64,000 nt of DNA, taken from positions 438 through 64,437 of IMG/VR virus record IMGVR_UViG_3300009680_000012, one strand, 5' to 3'. The number at the start of each line of letters is the position of its first letter. Position 1 is the first letter of the stretch. A program made the position numbers and the translations under genes. Under the pieces are notes generated by a model, which was not told the origin of the DNA, ran no database searches, and saw nothing but the letters and a program-made list of their open reading frames with translations. The DNA comes from a virus. Lineage: Duplodnaviria > Caudoviricetes. Positions 26,849-38,900 of this stretch are shown here, piece by piece.

Positions 26849-27796
26849 GTGTTTTTAATGTATGCTCTTGGTGCTTTTCCGTCCAAGGCAGACTCTAGGT
26901 ATTACCGACCGTCAATGTTTACTACGATTCCCGTATCTTTTCCAGAATCTTTTGAGATTTCACATTTACCAAAAATACTTAATCAGGGTAATATAGGTTC
27001 TTGTGTAGCTCATTCATTACGGTCAGTTGTGGAATCCCTAAATTATAAGGAAACTGGTAAGTACGTAGATTTTTCTTCGGGGTTTATCTATGGAAACAGA
27101 TACCCTGGAGATTACACTGGTGAGGGCATGTACCCTAATGAAGCATTAAGGGCTTTGTGTAAAGATGGTACTCCTTCGTATGATAGAATGCCTATTAACA
27201 TGCCTTGCTCGGTTTGTTATGACTATATTAAAAACAGTCCTTACGATCTCAAAACCCTTGGAAAACCACAGAAGATAATGTCTTATGTACGTGCCTACAA
27301 TGTGGATGAAATAAAGACTATGTTAACCACAATGGGGCCAGTAAGTATGATGATTGCGGTGTATCCTTCATTCTATAACAGCGGTGAATTAGTACCTAAC
27401 GTCGGTTTAGGTGAGAGTGTTAATGGGTATCATCAGATAACTATACTGGGTTGGAAAGGGTCCCGGTGGTTAATGCAGAACTCCTGGGGTAAAGGTTGGG
27501 GTTCTGGGGGACGGGCTTTACTTCCAATGGATTACAAAGGCATCACAGAAATCTGGGGTATTACTGATATGATACCACAAACCAGTGAGATTAAAATGGA
27601 TGTACCCATGCAGTTGTGGCAAGGTAGAACGATGGTTCCAATAAGATTTGTGGCTGAAGCATTGGGGGCCAGATTTGACTGGACACATAATTCAGATGGT
27701 AAATTATTGGTAACTATAATTGTGCCACCGCAAGAAAGAGAAAAAGTAATTCAGCTAATAGATGGCAATGATATACTTAAAACTTATGTACTTTAA
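26849..27796 (+). CDS. Papain-like (C1) cysteine protease with a C-terminal copper-amine-oxidase-N (stalk) domain
   Basis: NQGNIGSCVAH (Gln/Cys), GYHQITILGW (His), MQNSWGKGWG (Asn); GRTMVPIRFVAEALGARFDW. Confidence 0.92.
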   Translation: MFLMYALGAFPSKADSRYYRPSMFTTIPVSFPESFEISHLPKILNQGNIGSCVAHSLRSVVESLNYKETGKYVDFSSGFIYGNRYPGDYTGEGMYPNEALRALCKDGTPSYDRMPINMPCSVCYDYIKNSPYDLKTLGKPQKIMSYVRAYNVDEIKTMLTTMGPVSMMIAVYPSFYNSGELVPNVGLGESVNGYHQITILGWKGSRWLMQNSWGKGWGSGGRALLPMDYKGITEIWGITDMIPQTSEIKMDVPMQLWQGRTMVPIRFVAEALGARFDWTHNSDGKLLVTIIVPPQEREKVIQLIDGNDILKTYVL

Positions 27797-27818
27797 TAGG
27801 TAGAGGGGGTATTAGAGA

Positions 27819-29018
27819 ATGGGAGCTTTTGAAGATGCTCAAAGGGCTAATGTTCAAGCGGCTTTAAGTGCGGGCACAATAACACAAGCACAGGCAAATA
27901 CAGCATTATCCGGCATATCTGCTGCCGAAAAATCTGGTGGTGTCTACACTGGATCAAATCCCAGTGTATCAACACCTAGCTCTAGTTCTACATCAAATAA
28001 TACGTCAAATAGTTCGTATAATAATTCGTATAATAGTTCATACAATAATAATTCACCTGGAAATGCCGGCGCACCTACTTTTAACAGTTGGCAGGACGCT
28101 CTTTCTTATTATGGTAATGGTACAGATGCAGCACGACAAGCTGCTAACTCTGAAATAAATAGGGCACTAAATGTTTATCAGCAGAAAACTGCGGCTGGTG
28201 ATACTCAAGGTGCTCAAGCAGCTATGCATTGGATAAATCAGATAGGTGCTGCTGTAGGACCGGGAGTAAATTTAAGTCAACCCGGAGGGGGGCAGCAACA
28301 AGCACCGGAACAGCCACCAGTAGACCAGTACCAGCAAGCATATATCCAGGCAATGCAGGAATTGGAGGCACTCAAGAATCAAATACCTAATCAGATGAAC
28401 CAGTTTTGGGAACAGTATCAACCTCCTGCTAGACAAGTAATGTCCCGAGAAGAAGCAAATAGACTTGCTTCAGAACAGATAGCCCCAGAGTTAAAGAAAT
28501 CCATACAGGCGATTGCTATGTCTAGTGCAAATCAAGCTGAGTTACTGCCCTACCAACTAGCATCCAGAGGACTTCTTTCTGGTGGTCCATTACAGTCAGC
28601 CTATACAGGACTTACTAGAGATCGCGCCAGCAGAATTAATGATGCCGGTTGGTCTGCTTTACAGTTAATATCTGATCTCTCTAACACGTATAGAAATCAG
28701 AGCTTGGCTGAAGATTCTGATGCGTATAACCGTTATTGGCAGGAGTTTATTAATCGGGCCAATATGTTGAATAATGAACAATGGAATACTTACGGGTCTA
28801 AACTAAATATCATCAACTCACTTCTCAACACTGTGGGTAATCTACGTGAACAAGATAAGAACGATCTTATTCAGCAACTAAGTATGTACAATGCAGGACA
28901 GCTACCTGTGGGTATTTACAGTAACACTAATCCATATACTGCTTATACTCAGACAGCAGACACGCAAGCACAGTTGATAAATGATATTCTGTTTAAAGGG
29001 TTGCTTGGATTGCAATAA
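27819..29018 (+). CDS. Internal virion/ejection protein (putative)
   Basis: Ser/Asn/Gln-rich, helical; first of three consecutive ejection-like genes. Confidence 0.55.
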   Translation: MGAFEDAQRANVQAALSAGTITQAQANTALSGISAAEKSGGVYTGSNPSVSTPSSSSTSNNTSNSSYNNSYNSSYNNNSPGNAGAPTFNSWQDALSYYGNGTDAARQAANSEINRALNVYQQKTAAGDTQGAQAAMHWINQIGAAVGPGVNLSQPGGGQQQAPEQPPVDQYQQAYIQAMQELEALKNQIPNQMNQFWEQYQPPARQVMSREEANRLASEQIAPELKKSIQAIAMSSANQAELLPYQLASRGLLSGGPLQSAYTGLTRDRASRINDAGWSALQLISDLSNTYRNQSLAEDSDAYNRYWQEFINRANMLNNEQWNTYGSKLNIINSLLNTVGNLREQDKNDLIQQLSMYNAGQLPVGIYSNTNPYTAYTQTADTQAQLINDILFKGLLGLQ

Positions 29019-29035
29019 AGGAGGTGGTATCCTGA

Positions 29036-29938
29036 ATGGCTACCATTACAGGAAATCTTAAGCCACAAAAAATGACCTTAGACCAATGGTTAGGGGAAAA
29101 TAAACAGCACTTAAATTTTGAGCCTTTAAGTTCTCAGATTGCTAAAGCGCAGATGGCCCAAAAATTGCAGGAACAATTAATTGATCTAACCCTTAACTTT
29201 AGAAAGTTACAAATGGAAGCAGAACAAAATGCTGCTCAAAGAGCGCATTGGGATAATATGTCAAGAGCAGCAATGGCTAAAGCAACAAACTCAGGTGCTT
29301 CTATCCCTGGGCTTAGTGCCGCTGAAATTAAAATGGTACAAGATGCAAATTACGCAGAGCTTAAAAACTACTTAGAGAGTGGCGTTTATAGAACACCAAT
29401 GGATGCGTATGCAGATATAATTCAAACCACAAGCCCTGACGCTAGGAGAGCATTACTAGAAACAATAGGTGTGGATAATTTTGACGAGCTTGCTTCTACT
29501 TATGCGTACCTTGCAAATAATTACACACCAGACCAAGGAATAGGCAGGGTTTTCTCTAACATAAGCAATACTGCTTCTAACCAAGCCACAGGGATAAATG
29601 CTACACGTTTTCTAGATTCTATGACAACAGGTAAATCCAGCATACCTGCTGCACGTTATACGGGTGTGGGTTCTCCTTTAATACCGTTCTTACAGCAATA
29701 CTACCCTAATGTGCAATTCCCTGAAAAAGACTTACATCAAAAGATGGATTACGCTACTGTACAAAAAATGGCTCAACAAAAAGTTGGGTATGATACTTCT
29801 AAGTTAGTTCGTGATGAACAAATTAAGAATTCTATGGCTTATAATTTACCAACCAGCATAGACACAAGTAAAACACCGATAACATCAAACAAACAATTTG
29901 GTATTGGTACTACTTCTTTGTATCCTAACATACGGTAA
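29036..29938 (+). CDS. Internal virion/ejection protein (putative)
   Basis: Coiled-coil Ala/Gln-rich; position fits. Confidence 0.5.
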   Translation: MATITGNLKPQKMTLDQWLGENKQHLNFEPLSSQIAKAQMAQKLQEQLIDLTLNFRKLQMEAEQNAAQRAHWDNMSRAAMAKATNSGASIPGLSAAEIKMVQDANYAELKNYLESGVYRTPMDAYADIIQTTSPDARRALLETIGVDNFDELASTYAYLANNYTPDQGIGRVFSNISNTASNQATGINATRFLDSMTTGKSSIPAARYTGVGSPLIPFLQQYYPNVQFPEKDLHQKMDYATVQKMAQQKVGYDTSKLVRDEQIKNSMAYNLPTSIDTSKTPITSNKQFGIGTTSLYPNIR

Positions 29939-29950
29939 GGAGGTGCTTGA

Positions 29951-32900
29951 ATGGCGAACGCTAAAACTTTTTCCGAAGCCTACAACATATATAGATTACA
30001 ACAAGCCCTTACCGAAAATAAGTATCCAGTTGTACAAGTACCTAGCGTACCACAGGAAGATACCTATTTGTTAGGACAGGAGCCAGTACAACACATTCCT
30101 ACCGTACAAGAACAACATGGAGCAGTAGCACCGGGATGGGTACATAGGTCACTTACTTCTGCTGGCTTAGGTTTGGCTGGAGGATTATCTAAACTTGGGG
30201 GCTTCTTGGCTGATGCCGCCCCTACCCTAGACAACTTTTCTCGTAGGTTTGAGGAAGGCACAGATAAAAAAGCTATAGAAGAATTTAAAAAAGCAGAAGA
30301 TTTCAATGACTATATGAATGCCATTAGTACAGCCCTTCCTGCCATGACTTCTGCGGGCAGGTCTTACGAAAAGGCTGTGCAACCAATAAAAGATAAAGTT
30401 TTGTTAGGTACTCCTGCTGAAAGTTTTATTTATGCAATGGCTGAAGCTATACCAACAGTAATGCCGGGTGTCGGTTCTGCTGGAACAAAGGCAGTAACTA
30501 AAACAATGCTTAAGAAAGCTGTGCAAAGGGATGCTATGGAATCTGTAGCTTCTAAAGTATTACAAACAGAAGTTAAAGAATTAACTGAAAAAGAGATTAA
30601 AGATAAATTACTTGAAACTGGCCTTACAACTAAAGCTATTAAAGAATTGGTTAATAAAGAAAGCAAAAACTTTTTAGCTGATACAGCTAAACAAACAATG
30701 TACAAAGAAGCAGCCAAACAAGCAATGAAAACAGCACCGTTACTACAAAAAGCAGCCGCAGGCGGTACTAAGACCCTTCTAAACAGAACGGAGGAATTGC
30801 TTAGGGAGGGACCCCTAGCATATATAATCCTAGAAGCTAGTAAAAAACCAGAAGAACGTATGAATCCTCTGGAGTTTTCTGTGAGTTGGCTGGCTGCCAG
30901 TATGCTGCTTGGTGATGCGCTAATCCCTGCTGTGTCTAAAGGAATAAGAGAATTAAAAGCCTACGCTAAAAAATCAAAAGCACCTAAAACATTTGAGCAA
31001 CCTGACACCACAAAACCAACAGAAGCCATAGATGTTGAACCTACAACAACTTCTAGTACAGGGGAAGGTTTTACCGCACAATTAGTTAAAGATATTACTG
31101 ATCCACTTAAAAACATGGAAACTAAAACAACTGTGAAAGCAGCACCATCTAAACTTAAGATGGCAGAATACAGTAACCACAAGGTTAACACAGAAGCGAA
31201 TAAACTTATCCGTGATTTAGCTGAAGAAAGCAAGATTAAACAAGAAATCCAGACCAAGTATGCGCAAGCTGTGGCAGATGAAGATGAAATAGCCAAGCAG
31301 TTCTGGTCTGATGTAGACCGTAGGGTAGGGCAAAAAGTAACTGAAGTAAAACAAAAAGCTATTACCAAAGACTTAAATACACGAATTAAAACTGAATGGG
31401 AAGAATTAAAGAAGATCACAGAATACTTAGATGAAGCAAAAGAGATTGTAACCACAAGTAAAACCATAGCGCAAGTACGTGGTGATGATCTGTCTGTACG
31501 TCTGTATGATGCTATACTAGAAAAACTGGAAATTAATAGTGGCAAACACTTCAAGGTTAGAGAAAGAAAACCTGTGGTATTGAACAGAGAAAACAAGATT
31601 CCTGATGAAATATTAGGTGAGGAACCAGAAGGTGTATTGGGCAAAGGTAAGGGAAAGGTCAAAGCCAAAGGCGGTAGAGTTGTAGTTGACCTTGAAGGAC
31701 TGTCACAAGAGGACGCGCTAAAGAAAATTACTTATGAGCTTAAAAAGAAACGTGCCCAGAAAAGAAAACTTGAAGCTGACGATAAGTTGGACGCTGAAAA
31801 GAAAGCTAAAGCAATTGAAAAGTTAGATGAAGATATTGATATACTGCTGGCACAAAGAGACAAGGTTAAAGGTACGGAGAAACCTAAAAAAGAAACCCCT
31901 AAAAAAGAACGCCCCAAAGAAAAACGTGCAGTTAAAGAAGGGGATATTGTAACTGTACATCAAAGGAAAATCTCCAGTAAAAAGAATGAAGCTGGAGAAA
32001 CAATGAAGAATGTACGTGATGTAGAAATTGAGAATGTAAAAGTAATTAAGACAGGTCTTAAAATAACCAAAGGTAAAGGAAAAAACAAAAAAGAATATGA
32101 TGCAGTATTAGTCAAAGACGCAAAGGGTAAAGAAACTGTTGTTGCGTTCAACTATAATGGTAGGCCGGGAAAAAATAAGCAAATATCTGCGGAATGGGTT
32201 GAACCTACACAAACACACAAATCAAATAAGAGTGTTTCTGGTAAGGATGTAGCACCAGATGAAAAGGTTACGATTAATGAAGGAATCGCTAACCTTGTGG
32301 CAGGAGAAACTGGTGAAGAGACAGTTAAGAAAGGTAAAGGTAAGAAAGGCAAAACTAAACCGGTTGAACCAGAAGAAGAAGTATCTATTGATCTAGATAC
32401 ACCTCTTGTGCCCGAAACCCCGGCTTTAGGTAAACGGGGCAACAGGTTAAATCGTAAACAGATAAGCCAGGATAAACTTAAAAAGAGCGTTGAAAGTTTA
32501 AAGGAAACTCTTGGTGAAGCAGCAGAAGAACTTAAAGGCGAGTCTGGTAAACTAGGTGTTATCTATCGTGATCCAATCAGCACAGTTATGGACCACTATG
32601 GAAAAGAGATAGTGCAAGAACTTAAGGAAATAGCACTTGAGCTGATGGAATTAATTGAAGCGCATCTGGATGAATTATTTGCAGAGTACAAAATTAAAAA
32701 GCCTAAATCAAGGGAAAAACTAAAGGATGCTAAAGAACTACTGTGGCATCAAATGGCTTATGAGGAAGATAACTACGCAGAGATACTTAGCAGTATTCCT
32801 GCTGCTACACGTGTTGAACTTGATAAGCAACTGTTCGACTATGCCTATAAAGGCATACGCAGTATTAAACAACTTAAACGAGATAAAGAAGCCGCTAGAA

Positions 32901-35900
32901 TGGTTCACATAGGTACAACCGATGTGGAGATTCCACAGTTTTCTGTAAGCACTCAAGCTGAACTGACTAAATTATTAACTGGTAATAAGGGTTTGCACAA
33001 CTATCTTGAAGAAAGATTCGGTGCAAAATACACTGACTTGCTGGAACACTGGAGGTTACTGCGTTCCACGGAGGCTGCTAATGCTAAAGCAGCGGGTAAG
33101 AAAGCAAACTATAATCGTAAGGACATTAAACAAGAATTTCAGAATGTTCTAAACCTTGTAGAAAGTGTCTGGGATGATTTCTTTAGAAACAACGCCGATA
33201 TTTTTAACGCTGCCAAAGCCAGAGAAATGCAGATTGATATTGAGTTAGTTGATGAGCACTGGGACCGCTGGCTTGATATGTTTAAGATAGCTAAACTAGA
33301 CCCTAAGAAAATTGAAGGAGCAGATAAAGCGTTACTTGCTGAAGTACAAAGGGCTAAGAATTTTGTCAGGTTCATAGATGAAAACTACTCTATGTTTCTG
33401 CCTCTTTTGGAAAAACACGGTGAAGGAAAAACTTTAGGTGTTCTACGCGCTAACGCACAAAAAATGGTAGACGCTATGAATGCTGGAAGATTGCACGATG
33501 CTGCTTACTACCACAGGTTACTTGACCAGATACACGATGCTGAATTAGAAACGCTTGAAACCTTAGAGTTGGCAGAACAAATATTCAACAAGCACCATAT
33601 CAACGAAAAAATGAATCGTGCTTTGCGTAGTGGTGATCCTAGAAAAACTTATGAACGAGAAACTATCCCTAAGATTGAATCATACTTATTCTTACGTACT
33701 TATGTACCAAAGTTAAATGAAGCACTAGAAACAGAAAACCATGTGTTACGTAAACTGCTGGATAGGTATTATGACTTACATGCTGAATATATGTCCAGTG
33801 TAAGGATACCCGGTAGGAGTCGTTCTAAGTTTATAGCTGTAGCTTTAAACGATGTTGGCTTTGAATTTTCACAGCTTGCTGGAAAATTAGTTTATGGTGA
33901 TAAGACTAATGTTGTTTTGTCTAGGATGCAACGGGCGTATCGAGATATGTATAATTTTATAAATGGTACTGGTGAAAATCAAAAGAAATATCGTTTTATT
34001 TCTTTTGACCAGCTAGAGAATGTTTTAGAAGCAGAGCGTTATGATGCTGAGTTACATCGTATGCTTCGTAAGAATAGGTTAGCAGTAGGTAGAGAGTATA
34101 AAACCATTGCTGATGGGCTAAAAGAATATGACGATTTGCTTAACAAATTTGGTTTTGACTTAGGTTCTGCTAGTGTTAAAGATAGTTGGCCTAAAGTAAT
34201 ACAAGAAACAATAGATAGACTTTATGCAGAAAAACCTACGCTGAATAGTATTACAGATGTACTAGATGCTATAGACAAAATAGTTAACTTAGGGCAGACC
34301 ATCGGTAATGCGGTATTTAGAGTTACTAAAGGGCATACGCGTAAAGGATACAGCCCTGCCAGCGCAGAAAAAGTTTTAGGATCGCTGAAACAAAAACAAA
34401 TCAGAGAACTAGATAGAATAGTTGAATATGTTCCGGCCTTAACCAAAGAAATGCGCGACGATTTTCTTACTTTGGAAAACCATCGGCGTAATATGGCTAA
34501 AGCACAAGCATCTTTAGACAAAGAAAGAATACAAACACAGGAGATAATCAAAGGGCTTAAAAAGAATAAACTAAGTACGGAAGAAATCCACAAAAACAAA
34601 ACTGTAGCGAAGAACCTAAAAGTTATCAAGTCTTTAACTGATGTTATTGAACAGGAAAAAGACAACATTGATACTATTATGGGTAATCTGGAAGAATTAG
34701 GACTAGATAAACAGGACATAATCAATATTGAATATTATATAAGCAGAAGAAAAGACGTTATTGGTTGGGTTAATCAGGTTGAGAGAACTGTTAAAAGACC
34801 TTTAGATGATCCTGAAGCTATTGCCTCATTTAAACGTTACTCAGATGTAATGCGTAAGCGTTCTATGGAAAGATACGTAGAAACCGAAATGAGTAAAGCA
34901 CGTTATGGTTGTGAAGAATATCTGACTAAGAATGCTGATATAATTGGTGCTTGGGATGATTACATTCGCAAAGCTGCTGATACTGTGTTCGGAGATACGT
35001 TAGACAAGAAAACGCATATTTACGAGCTGTATGATAGATACGATAACTTGAAACGCAGATTTGATGGTAGTGAATCAGCAGGAGACATTTATATCGGATA
35101 TCAACTTAACCATGTGGCTAAGAAAATTAACCAAGAGCTGTGTAATCTTTACCGTAATGTTAAGAAAAACAATAAGAAAATACCAGCGTTACCTGCCGCA
35201 CTTAAAAAGGAAATAACTGTTAGAGAAAAGTTAGCTGATATGGCTAAGAACGGTTGGCGATTTATTAAGGATGAAAAAGGCAGCGTTAAGCTAGAAAACT
35301 TAACCCCCATGTGGTGGGGAAGTAAGATCAAACAGTTAACCAGAATAGCGGCGCAAACAATTTATGACCTACACCCCACAAAAACAATGTGGGTAAGCAG
35401 CATGGTTAAACAGTTTGGTAATGGTGTTAAGGCACATCTTGATGAAGTATGGGCTAAAGCCCACAGCTTTATAGCTGAGTTAGTTGATAGCATTAAGATT
35501 AAGCCAGAATATACGCCACACTTCATACAGAATCTATCTGTAAAAGATAGAACCAGGGTATTGTTTGGCGGTAAACCAGAACTTGAAAACCCTTGGGTAC
35601 GTGCCATTGACTCCAAGTTAAATAAAGAGTGGGAGAAATCGCGCCTTGTGGCTCAGGAAGATACTAACGCTCTATTTAAGGAAATTGTAAAAGGCAATGA
35701 AGAGGGTATTGTACATGGGATCAGTAAATTACAGCAGTTAATGGACGAGGTATTTAGTCCTAAACTATACGCAGTTGACCCTAACGTACAGTTTATAGGC
35801 GGTAAAGTACAAGAAGCACGTGCATTTGTGCGGGATACTGTCAAAGGTTTAACCGACTTTGCTGAAAACATAGTTAATTCTTCTCTTAATGAGAGGTACT

Positions 35901-38900
35901 ACCTTAACTTTGATCGCTTGGCAGATTTGAAAACCAGTAGCCTACAGAATCAAGTACAGCGTATGTCTGAATTTTACGACAATGTACTTAAAAAATATAT
36001 TGATATAGCTGAAAAGGTTTACTATTTATCTAAAAAGTCACCGGAAGAATATATGGAAATCAGATTTGCGCTTAAAGAAGCCTGTGACCAAATGAGTAAA
36101 AGAGTAGAGTATCTCAAGGGAAGAAATAATCGACTGGCTAAAAAAGACATAAATAACCCAGAGATTAAAGAGAACAAAGCAGAGATAGCTCTGTACAAAG
36201 AAATGCTGGAGGTTTACGGTAGTATCCTGGAGCATCCTGAAGAGTATGTACTGTACTTGCGCAAGTTTTCTTCCTTCATAAAAAATGACATTCAAAGTGG
36301 TGGTAAATTATCCTACCTAACCTATGGTTTTAATCAGCTAATGAGTAAAATAGTTTCCGGGTGGGATATAAAAGACCCAGTAATGCGTAACTTATTACGA
36401 TTAGGACCTATGCGCGCAGGACATTACACTAGGTCTGTGGCTCAAAAGAAGATAAAAAGTGTGTTAGGTAAACTGGCTAGTCCTTTAGAGAGGGAGTTGT
36501 TTGAGCAACTCCTTCTTCATTTAGGTCTGGAGGATAACCTACAGCGTGGTGCTAGAGAGCTGGATATTTCTATTACTCCTGGAGAACCGTTAAAGAAGAA
36601 GGGGCTACGGGCTATTGATTATGGTATTCCTTTAGAGGACATACAAGCTAACATAGTTATGTTACGCGAATGGATCGCAGAAATACCTGGAGCAACAGAA
36701 CGTATTGAACAAGCTCTACAAAACCACAAGGAATTGATAGATGAAACACTGGACATGCTGGTTAGAGAGGGACGCTTAAGTAAAAAGTACGCAGATAATC
36801 GGCTTAACTGGTATTTCCCGTACCAGATCAAGGAATTTACTAGAGACTATTTACAGTTGCCAGACCACATTGATCGCATGATTACTCAAGAAGCTAACAA
36901 ATTACGTAACAAATACAGGATACCTGACAGCTACCACCTTAAACGCAGGTTTGGTAAGAAGTTAACAGAAACAGAATACATCAATACCGATTATGAAACT
37001 GTAATGTTTGACTATTATTCGCGGCTGTTTATGCAAAAAGAAATGAATAACTTTTACCAGACACTCCACGCAAACTATACCCCTGAAGGTATCATTCACA
37101 AGAGGTTGCGTGAGCTTTCAGGTAAAGCAGAGAGGGGACAAGATGTATCCCGAGAAATAGAACTTCTTAAAAATGAATTAGAATTGTTTGACAAAAGCAC
37201 CAAGAAACTTATGCGAAACAATAAGATGTATATTACAGATGATTACATTAACTTCCAAGGCAAACGTTATTATGGTGTGCGAACCCCGCACTTGTACAGT
37301 ATCCCTGAAAACTTAGCTATGGTAGACAGAAACAAATTTTTGTTTGAAATACTGGATGCTTTACGGCATAGGTTTGGTGATCTTGATAATGAACAATTCA
37401 CAAAAACATTGAGAGAAGTTCTCGACTATCCTTTTGAAAATGATAAAAGCAGTATTAAATCATACCTGTGGCTACCAGAAGATGTTGCTTTGCAAGTAAG
37501 TAGGATATACACCGGGGCTTTGGAAAAGGATAATATATGGGCTAACTTACTTAAAACGTATACTACAGGGTTTAAAAAGAGTGTGCTATTCAGGCTTAAC
37601 CTTGTACCTTATGTTCTTAACAATATGATTGGTGACTTCCTTATGCTTATTGGTGAGGACCCGGCCATGTTTAAAGTATGGCAAAAAGAAGCCACCCTGT
37701 GGGATTCTTTTGCTTCACTGTTTGAAACCGAAACTGTTGATTGGTTATACGGTCAGGGTGGGGCAGTCAGCAAAACAGTAGCATCATTGGGCGGTAAGAA
37801 AATTGCCGCAGGGTTAGAGCGTCGAGCCAATGAAATCAGAAACTTTGAGGTTCCTTTAGAAGTGCTTAAAGACTATACCAAGATAAGCAACCTTGTGGAA
37901 ATGAATGCGATTAAACAAGGCAGTAAGGAAGGAACAGTTAAGATTGATTTACAAAAACTGGCGGAGCTTGAGGACATTCAGATGTCCGGCTTCTGGGGTG
38001 AGGTACCACCGGAACGCTTAACAGGTGGGCTTAGAGCAGTAGGTAGTGGGCCGATGCGTAAATTAAGACAGGCTGATAGTGTGATAATGAATGTAATACA
38101 AAAGAGGGAGGATTTGCTTAGACTAGCTAAATTCTACAAAGATGTTAAAAGAGTTGCTAAAGGAGAGCAGGTAGTAATAACGCCCCGAGAGGAACTCAAA
38201 GCATTACAACCTTTACACCGGGCAGGGTGGGCCGCCAGAGCCTCTTTAATTGATTACTCTGCACTAACGCCTGAAATGCAGGGAGTATGGGGTAGGGGGT
38301 TTCTCTTACCCTTCTTAACTTGGTACGCTAATGCGACAGCTAACTTTGTTCGGTGGTTTGGGCATAACACAGGATTACGTAAGCTAATCAATCCATCTTT
38401 CTATGACAATGTACCCATGGATTCTACAAGTGCTAAACTTACTAGGCTGGCTCTTATGATTATTCCGGCTATGTTAATTGATGCTTGGAACAACACCGGA
38501 CCGCGTGCGGATATTGAAGCGGTTATGCCACAATCGCAGAGAGGTCAAATGCACATAATCTTAGTTAATGATGAATTACCTGAAGGAGAAAAGGCAGGGG
38601 TATTAAAAATAAATCACCCGTACCACACGGTTGGGGCTTTATTGGGCGGGATTAATAATATCCCAATGTTTACTTGGGATGTTATTAAAGGCAGGAGAAC
38701 TGCTGGCGAGGCTGTTAAAGAGTATGTTACTGACAGCATGTGGCGTGATCCGTTACTGTCCGCAGGGTCACAGCTTACTCCGGTAATACGGGCACCATTA
38801 GAAGCAGGCTTTAATGTTAAATTCTGGAGCGACACTCCTTTAATGTATGAGGGGGCGACACCACAAACTCTTAGTGAAGAACGGGCACAAAGACTAGCGC

